Below, in pieces: positions 18,910 to 31,972 of a stretch of DNA of 64,000 bases. Location: the NCBI GenBank assembly GCA_963662405.2, contig CAXXKT010000001.1, positions 960,001-1,024,000 of the forward strand, written 5' to 3'. The notes under the pieces were generated by a model that was not told the origin of the DNA, did no database searches, and was given only the letters and a program-made list of their open reading frames with translations. The position numbers and the translations under genes were made by a program. Position 1 is the first letter of the stretch. The number at the start of each line of letters is the position of its first letter. Source of the stretch: Syntrophales bacterium. Its GTDB lineage: Bacteria; Desulfobacterota; Syntrophia; Syntrophales; UBA2210.

Positions 18910-20244
18910 TTACAGTTGTCTCCTCAAGACCTGCGCGGCTATATGGATGGGATCCCATACCCCGCTGAAGGGGGGACTGTATGCAAGGTCCAGATAGCCG
19001 ATATCGTCCAGATCCATCCCCGACCAGAGACACGCCGAGAGGGTATTGATACGGCTGACCGCCCCGCTCTGTCCCACGGCCTGGGCACCCAACAGTTTTC
19101 CCGATGCCTTGTCTGCAATCACCTTGATCCCCAGCCGCCGGCCCGTACCCATGGATGCCGCTCTGGCGGATCCCCAGATGATGGTACTTGCGAAAGCATA
19201 TCCGCTCTGTTCCGCCTCACGTTCATCAAGACCGGTTGCGGCCACTTCCAGACCAAAGACCTTGAAGGCCTGGGCGCCGATAACACCCGGGAAAGCCATC
19301 GGATACCCCCCGATATTCCGGCCGGCCACCCGGCCCTGCTTGTTCGCGATATCCCCCAGCGGTATGGAGACCCACCGTTTGCTGATCCGATGGTACGATT
19401 CACAACAGTCACCGGCGGCAAAGATCCCTTCCTTTTCGGTCTGTTGCGCATGATCAACCGTGATGGCACCCGATTCTCCGACGGGTATGCCGGCCGCCCG
19501 CGCCAGCGTCGTCTCGGGCTTCACGCCGAGGGCGAAGATGATGAGATCCGTTTCTATTTTCTCCTGGTCGGTCACCAGACACAGTCGTGCCCGAGAGCCC
19601 TTCTCAACGGCGACGGGTGACTGATGGGACAGAAAGATCACCCCGTTATCCGTCAATTCATCCAGCACCACCTGGGAAAAGACCGGGTCCCATTTCTTGA
19701 CCGGCAGCTCGCCCCGGTAGACGATTCGTGTCTCCAGGCCGATGGTCTTCAGTGCCTCGGCCATCTCCATGGCGATAAAACCGGCCCCGACGATCGCCGC
19801 TCTGCGGCAGCGGTTTTCCTCGATATATTTCTTGATATTGATACCATCCCGCAGATTCTTCAGGACGAAGGCCCCATCGCTTTCCGTTCCCGGCATATCG
19901 GGAAGAGTCGCCTCGGCACCGGTCGCCACGACGAGAAAATCGTACGGCAATCGTTCTCCCCCTTCCAGCAGGACCTCCCCGCTCTCGGTTCCGATCTCCT
20001 CAACGTGGGTCCTGAGCCGCACCTCGACCCCGGATTCCTCAAATTTTTCAGGGGTCCTCGCGATAAGCCTTTTCGGGTCCTTGATTACATCACCGATGTA
20101 ATAGGGCATGGGTCAGGCGGCATACGAGATAAACTCACCCCGCTCCACCACCGTTACCTGCAATGAGGGGTCCCGTCTCTTTGCCTCTGCTGCCGCGGAA
20201 GGTCCTCCGGCACCTCCCCCAACGATCACGAGTCTCTTGGTCAT
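18910..20244 (-). CDS. Selenocysteine-containing CoA-disulfide reductase / NADH oxidase family flavoprotein (Sec44)
   Basis: ATG 20244 with a GGAGG RBS gives MTKRLVIVGGGAGG..ISYAA-TGA-PMPYY. The TGA (20115-20113) occupies the catalytic Cys of SYxxCGLPY. NADH motif IVGAGFIA and DLAYSPPFS are present, and a SECIS-like hairpin follows. Confidence 0.88.
20084..20102 (-). promoter_or_regulatory. SECIS-like hairpin
   Basis: ATTACATC-GGT-GATGTAAT (8-bp stem, GGT loop) begins 10 nt after the in-frame TGA. Confidence 0.75.
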
Positions 20245-21083
20245 ATGGTCCCTCCCTGTCGTCTCTTTACCAGCGTAATCACAATACCGACGAGTATCAT
20301 ACCGAGGCAGAGGAGCTGCCCCATACTCAGGTTGCCCAAGACACAGCCGAGTTGCGGGTCCGGTTCCCTGAAGAATTCAATACAAAACCGAACCAGACCG
20401 TAGCCGATCAGATACAGCGCGAGCATCCTTCCTCTGAAAAGCTCCTTTTTCCGGAGACCCCACAAAAGGGCAAACAGGACAACCCCTTCGAAAAAGGCCT
20501 CATACAACTGAGACGGGTGGCGCAGGGCCCTGAGAGGGTCCAGCGGGAAATACATCCCCCACCAGACATCCGTCATGCGACCGTAGAGTTCTCCGTTCAG
20601 GAAATTCCCGATCCGTCCGAAGGTGTACCCTAGGGGAATCGCCGGGCAGAAGAGATCGGAAAACCGCCAGAAATCGATCCTCCGCCTCACGAAAAACAAG
20701 ATGGAAACGAGAACGATACCGATCAGTCCGCCGTGGTACGACAGACCGCTGATACCCGTATAACGGAAGCCGTCTGAAAGATCAAACGGGCACACCACCG
20801 CGAGGGGGTGTGCCGCGTAGTATGCCGGGTTATAGAAGAGGACATATCCCAATCGTCCCCCCACCAGGAGGGCGGCGATCGCCCAGACAAAATAATCCTG
20901 GACCGTTTCCCTCCCGTACTCGAATCGCTCGTCCCGTATCCGATGGATCACGAGGAGATAGATCACGGCAAATGCAACAAGGTACATAAGTCCGTAGTAG
21001 CGCATCTGAAAGGATCCGATCTCCAGAAACGCCGGATTGATGTGCTCCGGGATATGTTGCCAGATATCGATCAGTCGGGCCAT
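20241..21083 (-). CDS. lgt: Prolipoprotein diacylglyceryl transferase
   Basis: RYYGLMY, GGRLGYVLFY, GLSYHGG, GRIGNFLNGELYGR, RHPSQLYEA and IEFFREPD motifs. Confidence 0.96.
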   Translation of the reverse strand: MARLIDIWQHIPEHINPAFLEIGSFQMRYYGLMYLVAFAVIYLLVIHRIRDERFEYGRETVQDYFVWAIAALLVGGRLGYVLFYNPAYYAAHPLAVVCPFDLSDGFRYTGISGLSYHGGLIGIVLVSILFFVRRRIDFWRFSDLFCPAIPLGYTFGRIGNFLNGELYGRMTDVWWGMYFPLDPLRALRHPSQLYEAFFEGVVLFALLWGLRKKELFRGRMLALYLIGYGLVRFCIEFFREPDPQLGCVLGNLSMGQLLCLGMILVGIVITLVKRRQGGTI

Positions 21084-21135
21084 CGCACGTCCCTTTTATC
21101 TCGGAAGGTCCAACCAACCGGAACCCCCATATGTC

Positions 21136-21158
21136 AACCCCGGCGACCCGCCGGGGTC
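21136..21158 (-). promoter_or_regulatory. SECIS-like hairpin of the FmdB-type gene
   Basis: GACCCCGGCG-GGT-CGCCGGGGTT begins 10 nt after the first TGA (21171-21169). There is no U-tract on either strand. Confidence 0.65.
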
Positions 21159-21162
21159 CGGA

Positions 21163-21366
21163 TCAGCCTCAGGTGGACGAACAGGACGGACCCGACAGGG
21201 AACAGGCCTGGCAGGACCCGTGAGATCCGGCGGGAAGTGAGACCACTTTTTCTATCTTTTTCTTCCCGCAGTCAGGACAGGCAACCTCGTGGAACTCGTC
21301 CTGGACCGGTCGGATCATCTCAAATTCCCTGCCACAGAGGGTACATCGATATTCATATATCGGCAT
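21163..21366 (-). CDS. FmdB-family zinc-ribbon protein, probably a selenoprotein ending ...CSST-U-G
   Basis: MPIYEYRCTLC..CPDCG zinc ribbon and a Cys-rich tail. It ends TGA GGC TGA followed by a SECIS-like hairpin. Without readthrough the end is 21169. Confidence 0.8.
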
Positions 21367-21434
21367 TTCATCTTCTCCTTATACGACACGGCGGTCTCCT
21401 CACCAACCGCCGTCAGGATCCCACCCACATGTTT

Positions 21435-22400
21435 TTAATATGACTGCCCTTTCAGATCATCCACATGCAGTGATGCGCTGTGAGCGGCCGTTGCCCCGTC
21501 GCCGCAGGCGGTTATCACCTGGCGCAGAGACTTCCTGATGCAATCACCACAGGCGAAGATACCGGGGACTGACGTCTTCATATCATGATCGGCAATAATA
21601 TAGCCATCCTCATCCACGTTGACAACCCCCCTGGCACAATTCGTATTGGGGACAAGACCGACAAAGATAAAGACCCCGTCCACCGGGATCTCTTCATATC
21701 GTTCGGGATCCTTGACGTTCCGTACCCTGACCCCCGTCACACCGTCTTCGCCGAGGATCTCTTCCACGACGGATTCCCAGGCGAAGGTGATCTTGTCGTT
21801 GGCAAAGGCCCGCTTCTGCAGGATAGCTGTCGCTCTCAGACGATCCCGACGGTGAATGACGGTGACGGTCGAGGCGAATTTGGTGAGGTAGATGGCCTCC
21901 TGAACGGCGGTATCCCCGCCGCCCACCACCGCAACCGCACGATTTCGGTAAAAGGGGGCATCGCAGGTGGCACAGTATGATATGCCGCGACCCACCATCT
22001 CCTCTTCCCGCGGTACCCCCAGGCGGCTCCAGGCGGCTCCCGTCGCGATAATGACGGCAAGGGTCGGGTAGGTACCTCCATCGGTCAGAATCTCCCATCC
22101 CTCGACATCCCCCAGCTGTTTGCGGCGTATCGCGCTCACCTGCTCGGGTTTGACATCCAGACCGAACGCAACCGCCTGCTTTTTGAAGGTGTCGTTCAAC
22201 TCGAACCCGCCGACGGCGGGGATACCGGGATAGTTCTCGATCAGGTCCGTCATGGTAATCTGGCTGGCCTGCGCGTTCCCCTCCACAAGGAGCGTTTTCA
22301 TATCGGCCCTGGATGCGTAGAGACCGGCGGTCAACCCGCCGGGCCCACCTCCAATAATCACTATATCATACGCTTCTTGCGGTATCTGTCTCTCGGCCAC
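21435..22400 (-). CDS. trxB: Thioredoxin reductase
   Basis: IIGGGPGGLTA, IENYPG, active site SYCATCD, VVGGGDTAVQEA, HRRD and FACGD..RQVITA. Confidence 0.95.
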   Translation of the reverse strand: MAERQIPQEAYDIVIIGGGPGGLTAGLYASRADMKTLLVEGNAQASQITMTDLIENYPGIPAVGGFELNDTFKKQAVAFGLDVKPEQVSAIRRKQLGDVEGWEILTDGGTYPTLAVIIATGAAWSRLGVPREEEMVGRGISYCATCDAPFYRNRAVAVVGGGDTAVQEAIYLTKFASTVTVIHRRDRLRATAILQKRAFANDKITFAWESVVEEILGEDGVTGVRVRNVKDPERYEEIPVDGVFIFVGLVPNTNCARGVVNVDEDGYIIADHDMKTSVPGIFACGDCIRKSLRQVITACGDGATAAHSASLHVDDLKGQSY

Positions 22401-22481
22401 GATGATCTTCCTTTCTCGGACTTTTTCCTCGTCAGTTTAGTCACATTTCATGGTTTGTCAAGCACCAAGCCCATGCACGGC

Positions 22482-23927
22482 TCAACCCTTGATACACCCG
22501 ACGGCCCTGATGCGTGCAACTTTCCTCGAGAGACCTGCCTGATGTACCACGTTCACCACGTCCTCAATCTCCTTGTATGCCTCCGGCATCTCTTCGCTCA
22601 ACGTCTTTTTTCCCGCGGCTATCACCGTCACTCCCCTTCCTGCCATCTCGGAGGCGATTGACCGGTTCCGGCTTGCCTTCAGCGCCCGGGTGCGGCTCAT
22701 GACCCGCCCGGCGCCATGGCAGGTGCTTCCGAAGGTCTCTTTCAGGGCCCGCTCCGTCCCCACGAGGACGTACGACCCGGTACCCATGTCTCCCGGGATC
22801 AGGACCGGTTGCCCCACGTCACGGTACATCGCGGGCAGGGCTGGGTGACGGGGAGGCAGTGCCCGGGTGGCACCTTTTCGATGCACGCAGAGCCGCTTTT
22901 TTTCACCGTTTACCTCAAATTCCTCTCCCTTGGCGATATTGTGACACACATCGTAAACCAGCCTCATCCCGATATCACGGGGAGAGCGATGGAGCGTTTT
23001 TTCAAGGGTCTGTCCCACTCCGTGCATGAGGATCTGCCGGTTCGCCCAGGCATAATTCGCCGCGCAGGCCATGGCGGCCATATACTCCTTCCCCTCATGG
23101 GATCTTAGGGAGGCACAGGCAAGCTGCCGGTCGGGGAGGATAAAATCCAGGGAACCGCTCCGCTTGACCATCCGCGCCAGGTAATCATCGCATACCTGAT
23201 AACCGAACCCCCGCGACCCGGTATGGATGGAGAGGGCAACCTGCCCTTCGGCTGTCAGACCGAAGGCGGCGGCAACCTCCCGATCAAAGATCTCGTCCAC
23301 AACCCCCAGTTCCAGAAAGTGATTCCCGGACCCCAGGGTCCCCAGCTGCCGCCGCCCCCGCTCGAGGGCCCGCTCACTCACACATCCCGGGTCCGCCCCC
23401 GGCATGACACCGCCCTCCTCGGTCGCAGCCAGATCCCTCTCGGAGCCATAGCCCCGGTCGACCGCCCAGGCGGCTCCCCGGCGGAGGATCGCCTTTTCCT
23501 CTTTGGGAGACAGTTTGAGCGTACTTTCAGATCCCACACCGGCCGGTATGTCCCTGAAGAGGGCAGTGATCAGGTCGCGCACCCTCCCCTCGATGTCGTG
23601 GATCCGGAGATCGGTGACCATCAGACGGACACCGCAGTTGATATCGTACCCCACCCCTCCGGGAGATATGATTCCTTCCTCCATGTCGAAGGCGGCAACA
23701 CCGCCGATGGGAAAACCGTATCCCCAGTGGATATCGGGCATGGCCAGGGAGTGGCTGACGATACCGGGGAGATGGGCCACATTGGCGACCTGTCTCGGGC
23801 TTTCATCCTTTCCCATGGACTTCATCATACGCTCATCGGCATAGATCATCCCGGGGACCCGCATCCCCCCCACCGGGGGTATGATCCACCGAAACGCATC
23901 GAGACGCTCGATCCTGATATCAGACAT
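22482..23927 (-). CDS. rtcB: RNA-splicing/repair ligase RtcB
   Basis: MPDIHWGYGFPIG, GGVGYDINCGVR, LGTLGSGNHFLE, HTGSRG, HRKGAT, IPGDMG, HGAGR and EEMPEAYK. Confidence 0.95.
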   Translation of the reverse strand: MSDIRIERLDAFRWIIPPVGGMRVPGMIYADERMMKSMGKDESPRQVANVAHLPGIVSHSLAMPDIHWGYGFPIGGVAAFDMEEGIISPGGVGYDINCGVRLMVTDLRIHDIEGRVRDLITALFRDIPAGVGSESTLKLSPKEEKAILRRGAAWAVDRGYGSERDLAATEEGGVMPGADPGCVSERALERGRRQLGTLGSGNHFLELGVVDEIFDREVAAAFGLTAEGQVALSIHTGSRGFGYQVCDDYLARMVKRSGSLDFILPDRQLACASLRSHEGKEYMAAMACAANYAWANRQILMHGVGQTLEKTLHRSPRDIGMRLVYDVCHNIAKGEEFEVNGEKKRLCVHRKGATRALPPRHPALPAMYRDVGQPVLIPGDMGTGSYVLVGTERALKETFGSTCHGAGRVMSRTRALKASRNRSIASEMAGRGVTVIAAGKKTLSEEMPEAYKEIEDVVNVVHQAGLSRKVARIRAVGCIKG

Positions 23928-24369
23928 CGCACACCACCCTTCCGACCCATCCCCCGGGGGTACTGCGCACCTCCACGTGATGATAGGTGACCGCCTTGAT
24001 CTCCGCCTCGACCGTATGGCGCTCCCGTGCAAAGGGCTCTCCGGTCACCGTCGCATGGAGGTGAGTCTTATCCACGGAGTGAATCATGCATCCTTTCACC
24101 AACCATCCGTCACCGTTGAAGAGTGCTACGATCTCTCTGAGAAAATTGACGAAGAGCTCCTCACGATCATTCCCCTCGGCGACAATCTCCTTCGATTCGT
24201 TTCCCTCCACGCGGGACCGGTCGATCAGGATATCGGCGAGGGCGAGGGCTGCATTCTTAAAGAGATCCGCTTCGTCCCTACCGTATATCTCCACACCAAG
24301 GTCCGCCGTATGGTCGAAGACCCGGTAGTGGGCTGGCTCTCTCTCTATAATCGTCCGAGACATGATCAT
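23920..24369 (-). CDS. Archease
   Basis: FDHTADLGVEIYG and EIKAVTYH motifs, C-terminal DV, and overlap with the rtcB start. The start is uncertain (24363/24369/24375). Confidence 0.92.
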   Translation of the reverse strand: MIMSRTIIEREPAHYRVFDHTADLGVEIYGRDEADLFKNAALALADILIDRSRVEGNESKEIVAEGNDREELFVNFLREIVALFNGDGWLVKGCMIHSVDKTHLHATVTGEPFARERHTVEAEIKAVTYHHVEVRSTPGGWVGRVVCDV

Positions 24370-24531
24370 CACCAACCTTTTTTCTCAAGTATAGAACACC
24401 CACGTGCGAAAGAAAACCCCCCGGCGTTTCTTTCTCTTCCGGTCATTCAGTTGATCGGGTTTCACATTGCGACCCCTCATCGGAGCTGTTACACTACCTG
24501 GCGATGTCATTATTCATGAGAGGAAGAGACC

Positions 24532-24921
24532 ATGGGAACACACATCGAGATATCGGAACACCCGGAGTGGAGTGGCGCTCGGTACGTGCGGGACCTGTCC
24601 TTCGCTGTGAACGAGGATCTGACGGCCCTTTACACCCTCCTTGCCGCCACCGGTGAAGAGATGGCGGGATATTTCAGCGCAGAGGAGATGTCCCTCCTCT
24701 GCGAGATATTTAAAAACGACGAATACGAACCGGCCCGTCTCCGGGAATGGCCTCTGCTGCTCGCCTGGGACGTGGAGGACGTGGAGCGGTATGAAAAGCT
24801 GAGCACCCAGTTCAAGGTCGACACCGATATCCTGATTGAAAAACTGGAGGGACTCACCCCCCTGAAGGCCCTGTGGCTTCTCCATACGATTCGGGAAACC
24901 GTTGCATCGGGAAATGAGTGA
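24532..24921 (+). CDS. Hypothetical protein, 129 aa
   Basis: GAGGAAGAG RBS and a clean ORF filling the gap between archease and ubiE; acidic and likely helical. Confidence 0.75.
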   Translation: MGTHIEISEHPEWSGARYVRDLSFAVNEDLTALYTLLAATGEEMAGYFSAEEMSLLCEIFKNDEYEPARLREWPLLLAWDVEDVERYEKLSTQFKVDTDILIEKLEGLTPLKALWLLHTIRETVASGNE

Positions 24922-24943
24922 ACCGGGTGGTTTTTGATTCTTT

Positions 24944-25675
24944 CTACTCGCTCGCTTCCTTCACTTTGCGTTTCAGCGTGTACAGTCGTGTCACACCCCA
25001 GAAAAACGTGCTTAATTCGACAGTAAACCCCCTCGTCCTGATTGTATCGACGAGTTCCTCAGGGGAGAGAAAATCGATCACTGAATCACGGAGGTACCGG
25101 TATGCGGAGGCGTTTCCCGATACAAGTCCGCCAACGACAGGAAGGATATGTCGAAAGTAGGTCAGATACACTGCCTTGAAAAACGGGTTTGAGGGGAGGG
25201 AAAACTCGAGAATAACGATTTTGCCACCCGGTTTGATGACCCGGTATACCTCGTCGAGACACCGATCAATTCCCGAGACGTTTCGTATCCCGAAAGCAAC
25301 CATGGCCCGGTCAAAGGCCCCGTCCCGGAAGGGCAGGGCGGTGGCATCCCCGTTCACGAGAGAGTACCGATCATGGAGGTATGCATCGCTTTTTCGTTCC
25401 GCTTGCTGAAGCATCCCCAGCGAAAGGTCAATCCCCACCACCCGGCACGGGATAGCACGCAAGGCTGCAAGGGCAAGATCTCCCGTGCCCGTCGCGATGT
25501 CCAGAATCAGATCACCGCTTTCTATATCCAGCGATCGGACGGTTCGTTTTCTCCAATAGCGGTCGAGAGAAAGAGACAGGATTCGATTTAATGTATCGTA
25601 AGAGGGGGCAATACGGTCAAACATGCCCCCGATTATTGTCGGTCGCTTGTCCACGTCTTCAATGACCTTCACCAT
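24944..25675 (-). CDS. ubiE: Demethylmenaquinone methyltransferase (UbiE/MenG family)
   Basis: MFDRIAPSYDTLN, ILDIATGTGD, LPFRDGAFD, AFGIRNV, LEFS and AYRYLRDSV. Confidence 0.9.
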   Translation of the reverse strand: MVKVIEDVDKRPTIIGGMFDRIAPSYDTLNRILSLSLDRYWRKRTVRSLDIESGDLILDIATGTGDLALAALRAIPCRVVGIDLSLGMLQQAERKSDAYLHDRYSLVNGDATALPFRDGAFDRAMVAFGIRNVSGIDRCLDEVYRVIKPGGKIVILEFSLPSNPFFKAVYLTYFRHILPVVGGLVSGNASAYRYLRDSVIDFLSPEELVDTIRTRGFTVELSTFFWGVTRLYTLKRKVKEASE

Positions 25676-25693
25676 GCTGACAGCGATCCCCGG

Positions 25694-28171
25694 TTATATA
25701 CCCAAGAGTCCGGGTTCATCGCCCTGCCCTTCATCGTCTTCCGATTGGGCGCGCTCCACCCGCGCTAATCCTACCAGCTTTTCACCTTCGGCCAGATCGA
25801 TGAGCTTGACTCCCTGGGTACTGCGGTGAAGTAGAGATACCTCTCCGACCCCCAGACGGATAATGTTTCCCGCATCACTGATCAGCATGATATCCTCATC
25901 GCCGGTCACCTGTTTGATCCCCGTCACACAGCCGATCTTGGACGTTGTTTTGAGGTTAATAATTCCCTTTCCCCCCCGTGACTGAAGTCGATATTCGGCA
26001 ATCTCCGTTTTTTTGCCGAACCCCTTTTCAGAAACGGTCAAGATTAAATTGCTGTCGGTGGTGACTTCCATACCGACGACTTCGTCATCCGGTGCAATCC
26101 GTATTCCGGTCACTCCCCGCGCGGTTCTCCCAATGGACCGGACATCTTGTTCATGAAACCGTATGGCGTTTCCCTTCCGGGCGCCGAGAAAGATATCCTG
26201 GTCGCCGTTCGTCTGCTTGACATCGATCAGCTCATCCCCGTCGTCGAGGGTCAGCGCTATGATACCGCCGGATCGGGGATTGGAATAGGCTATGAGATCG
26301 GTCTTCTTAATGATCCCTCTCCTGGTCGCCATGACGATAAATTTACCCGGGACAAACTCTCTTACCGGGAGAACAGCCGTAATTTTTTCATCCTGTGATA
26401 TGCCGATCAGGTTGACAATCGCCTTCCCTTTTGCTGCCCTTCCGGCCTGGGGAATCTGGTATATCTTCAGCCAGTATACCCGGCCCTTATTGGTAAAAAA
26501 GAGTATATGGTTGTGTGTTGAGGCGATAAACATTCGCTCGATAAAATCGTCTTCCTTCGTTCCCATTCCCACCTTGCCGCGACCGCCACGGTGCTGACTC
26601 CGGTAGAGACTGACCGGATTGCGCTTGATGTAGTTCTGATGGGATATGGTCACCACCATATCCTCTTCAACAATCATATCCTCGATCCCGATATCCGTGC
26701 TGCTGAGAACGATCTCCGTTCTTCTCTCATCACCATACCGCTTCTGGATCTCCTCCAGTTCCTCAACGATAATGTTCAAAACCTTCCGGGAATCTGCAAG
26801 TATCCCCTCCAGCCGCTTGACAAGAGCAGATATCTCGATGTGTTCTTCGCGTATCTTGTCGCGCTCCAGGCCGGTCAGGCGCTGCAGTCTCATCTCCAGG
26901 ATCGCCTTGGTCTGTTCCTCGCTCAGGCCGAACCGGGCCATCAGTTCTTCGGCAGCCGTCTTGGCGTTTTCGGATGCCTTGATAATCGCGATGACCTCGT
27001 CGATATTATCCAGGGCGATAATAAACCCCTCCAGTATGTGCAGCTTCTCCCTGGCCCGCGCGAGCTCATACATCGTCCGTCTGATAATAATCTCTTTCCT
27101 GAATTCGATAAACTTGACGAGGATCTCTTTCAGGTTCATGACCCGGGGCTGCCCCCGGTCAATGGCCAGCATGATGATGCCGAAGGTCGATTCCATCTGG
27201 GTGTGCTTGTAGAGCTGGTTGAGGATTACCCCCGACATTTCGTCCCGCTTCAGATCGATAACAATTCGCATCCCCTCACGATCCGATTCATCTCTCAGAT
27301 CTGAAATACCGCTGATCTTCTTTTCCTTGACCAGCTCCGATATCTTCTCGATGAGATTCGCTTTGTTCACCTGATAGGGGAGTTCGGTAATAACGATACT
27401 TTCCCTGTCATTACGGGAATTACGTTCAATGATAGCACGCGCCCTGATCCTGATGATACCGCGTCCCGTCCGGTAGGCGGAGACGATTCCGTCCCGGCCG
27501 TTGATAAAGCCGGCCGTCGGGAAATCGGGCCCCTTTATGAAGGTCATCAGGTCATCGACGGAAAGTTCCGGGTTGTGGATGAGTTCAATGATCCCATCGA
27601 CCAATTCGGTCAGGTTATGGGGGGGAATATTGGTCGTTAAACCAACCGCGATACCCGATGAACCATTCAGAAGAAGGGTCGGGATTCGTGCAGGAAGAAC
27701 CACTGGCTCCTGGAGAGAACCATCGTAGTTCGGAATAAAATCAACGGTATCCTTATCAAGATCGGCAAGCAGTTCATCGGCCAGTCGTGCCATCCTGATC
27801 TCGGTATATCGCATCGCGGCCGGCGGATCTCCGTCAACGGATCCGAAATTTCCCTGACCATCGATAAGCGGATACCGCATAGAGAAATCCTGAGCCATCC
27901 TGACGAGGGTATCATAGGCGGCCGAGTCTCCATGGGGATGATATTTACCGATGATGTCACCCACGATTCTCGCGGACTTCTTGTACGGCCTGTTCCACCG
28001 GTTTCCAAGATCGGACATCGCATACAATGCCCTCCGGTGAACCGGTTTGAGTCCGTCTCTGATATCAGGAATAGCACGTCCCACAATGACGCTCATCGCG
28101 TACTCCATGTAGGACTTTTGCATTTCTTTTTCTATCGTTACCGGTATGTTCCTCTGGAACAACTGATCCAT
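25694..28171 (-). CDS. gyrA: DNA gyrase subunit A
   Basis: [25 protein letters not shown], GyrA-box QHRGGRG and C-terminal beta-pinwheel repeats. Confidence 0.98.
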   Translation of the reverse strand: MDQLFQRNIPVTIEKEMQKSYMEYAMSVIVGRAIPDIRDGLKPVHRRALYAMSDLGNRWNRPYKKSARIVGDIIGKYHPHGDSAAYDTLVRMAQDFSMRYPLIDGQGNFGSVDGDPPAAMRYTEIRMARLADELLADLDKDTVDFIPNYDGSLQEPVVLPARIPTLLLNGSSGIAVGLTTNIPPHNLTELVDGIIELIHNPELSVDDLMTFIKGPDFPTAGFINGRDGIVSAYRTGRGIIRIRARAIIERNSRNDRESIVITELPYQVNKANLIEKISELVKEKKISGISDLRDESDREGMRIVIDLKRDEMSGVILNQLYKHTQMESTFGIIMLAIDRGQPRVMNLKEILVKFIEFRKEIIIRRTMYELARAREKLHILEGFIIALDNIDEVIAIIKASENAKTAAEELMARFGLSEEQTKAILEMRLQRLTGLERDKIREEHIEISALVKRLEGILADSRKVLNIIVEELEEIQKRYGDERRTEIVLSSTDIGIEDMIVEEDMVVTISHQNYIKRNPVSLYRSQHRGGRGKVGMGTKEDDFIERMFIASTHNHILFFTNKGRVYWLKIYQIPQAGRAAKGKAIVNLIGISQDEKITAVLPVREFVPGKFIVMATRRGIIKKTDLIAYSNPRSGGIIALTLDDGDELIDVKQTNGDQDIFLGARKGNAIRFHEQDVRSIGRTARGVTGIRIAPDDEVVGMEVTTDSNLILTVSEKGFGKKTEIAEYRLQSRGGKGIINLKTTSKIGCVTGIKQVTGDEDIMLISDAGNIIRLGVGEVSLLHRSTQGVKLIDLAEGEKLVGLARVERAQSEDDEGQGDEPGLLGI

Positions 28172-28297
28172 AACCTTGAAAAACCTTTCTTCCAGCTATA
28201 CTGATTTAGTAGTGATATCTCTATCCCACCCATCCCAACAGGCAGAGATATAAAGAGGGTGGATGAAAATCAGACCATCGATTCTCTTCTCCCCCGA

Positions 28298-31827
<3,530 letters not shown>

Positions 31828-31972
31828 ATCGTCACCTATTGTTTTGTAAATAATTTCTTAATAATAAAATATAGTAGTAATAGTAGGTATTGTGGATATG
31901 TGGAAAGACAGTATATAAATACCTTTTATTATTACTATACACTCCTCTTATTTATACTTGATAAGCCTGTTG
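31828..31972. other. oriC: Chromosomal replication origin (oriC) unwinding region
   Basis: AT-rich dnaA-dnaN gap. DnaA-trios TAG TAG TAA TAG TAG (31872-31886) sit next to tandem DnaA boxes TGTGGATAT (31891-31899) and TGTGGAAAG (31899-31907). Confidence 0.85.

Noticed and set aside
21136..21158. Hairpin after the FmdB-type gene read as an intrinsic terminator
   Set aside because: There is no U-tract on either strand, lgt follows closely, and the geometry matches a SECIS better.
24376..24531. Y RNA or tRNA-like element beside rtcB
   Set aside because: No cloverleaf or T-loop (GTTCGA) motif found.
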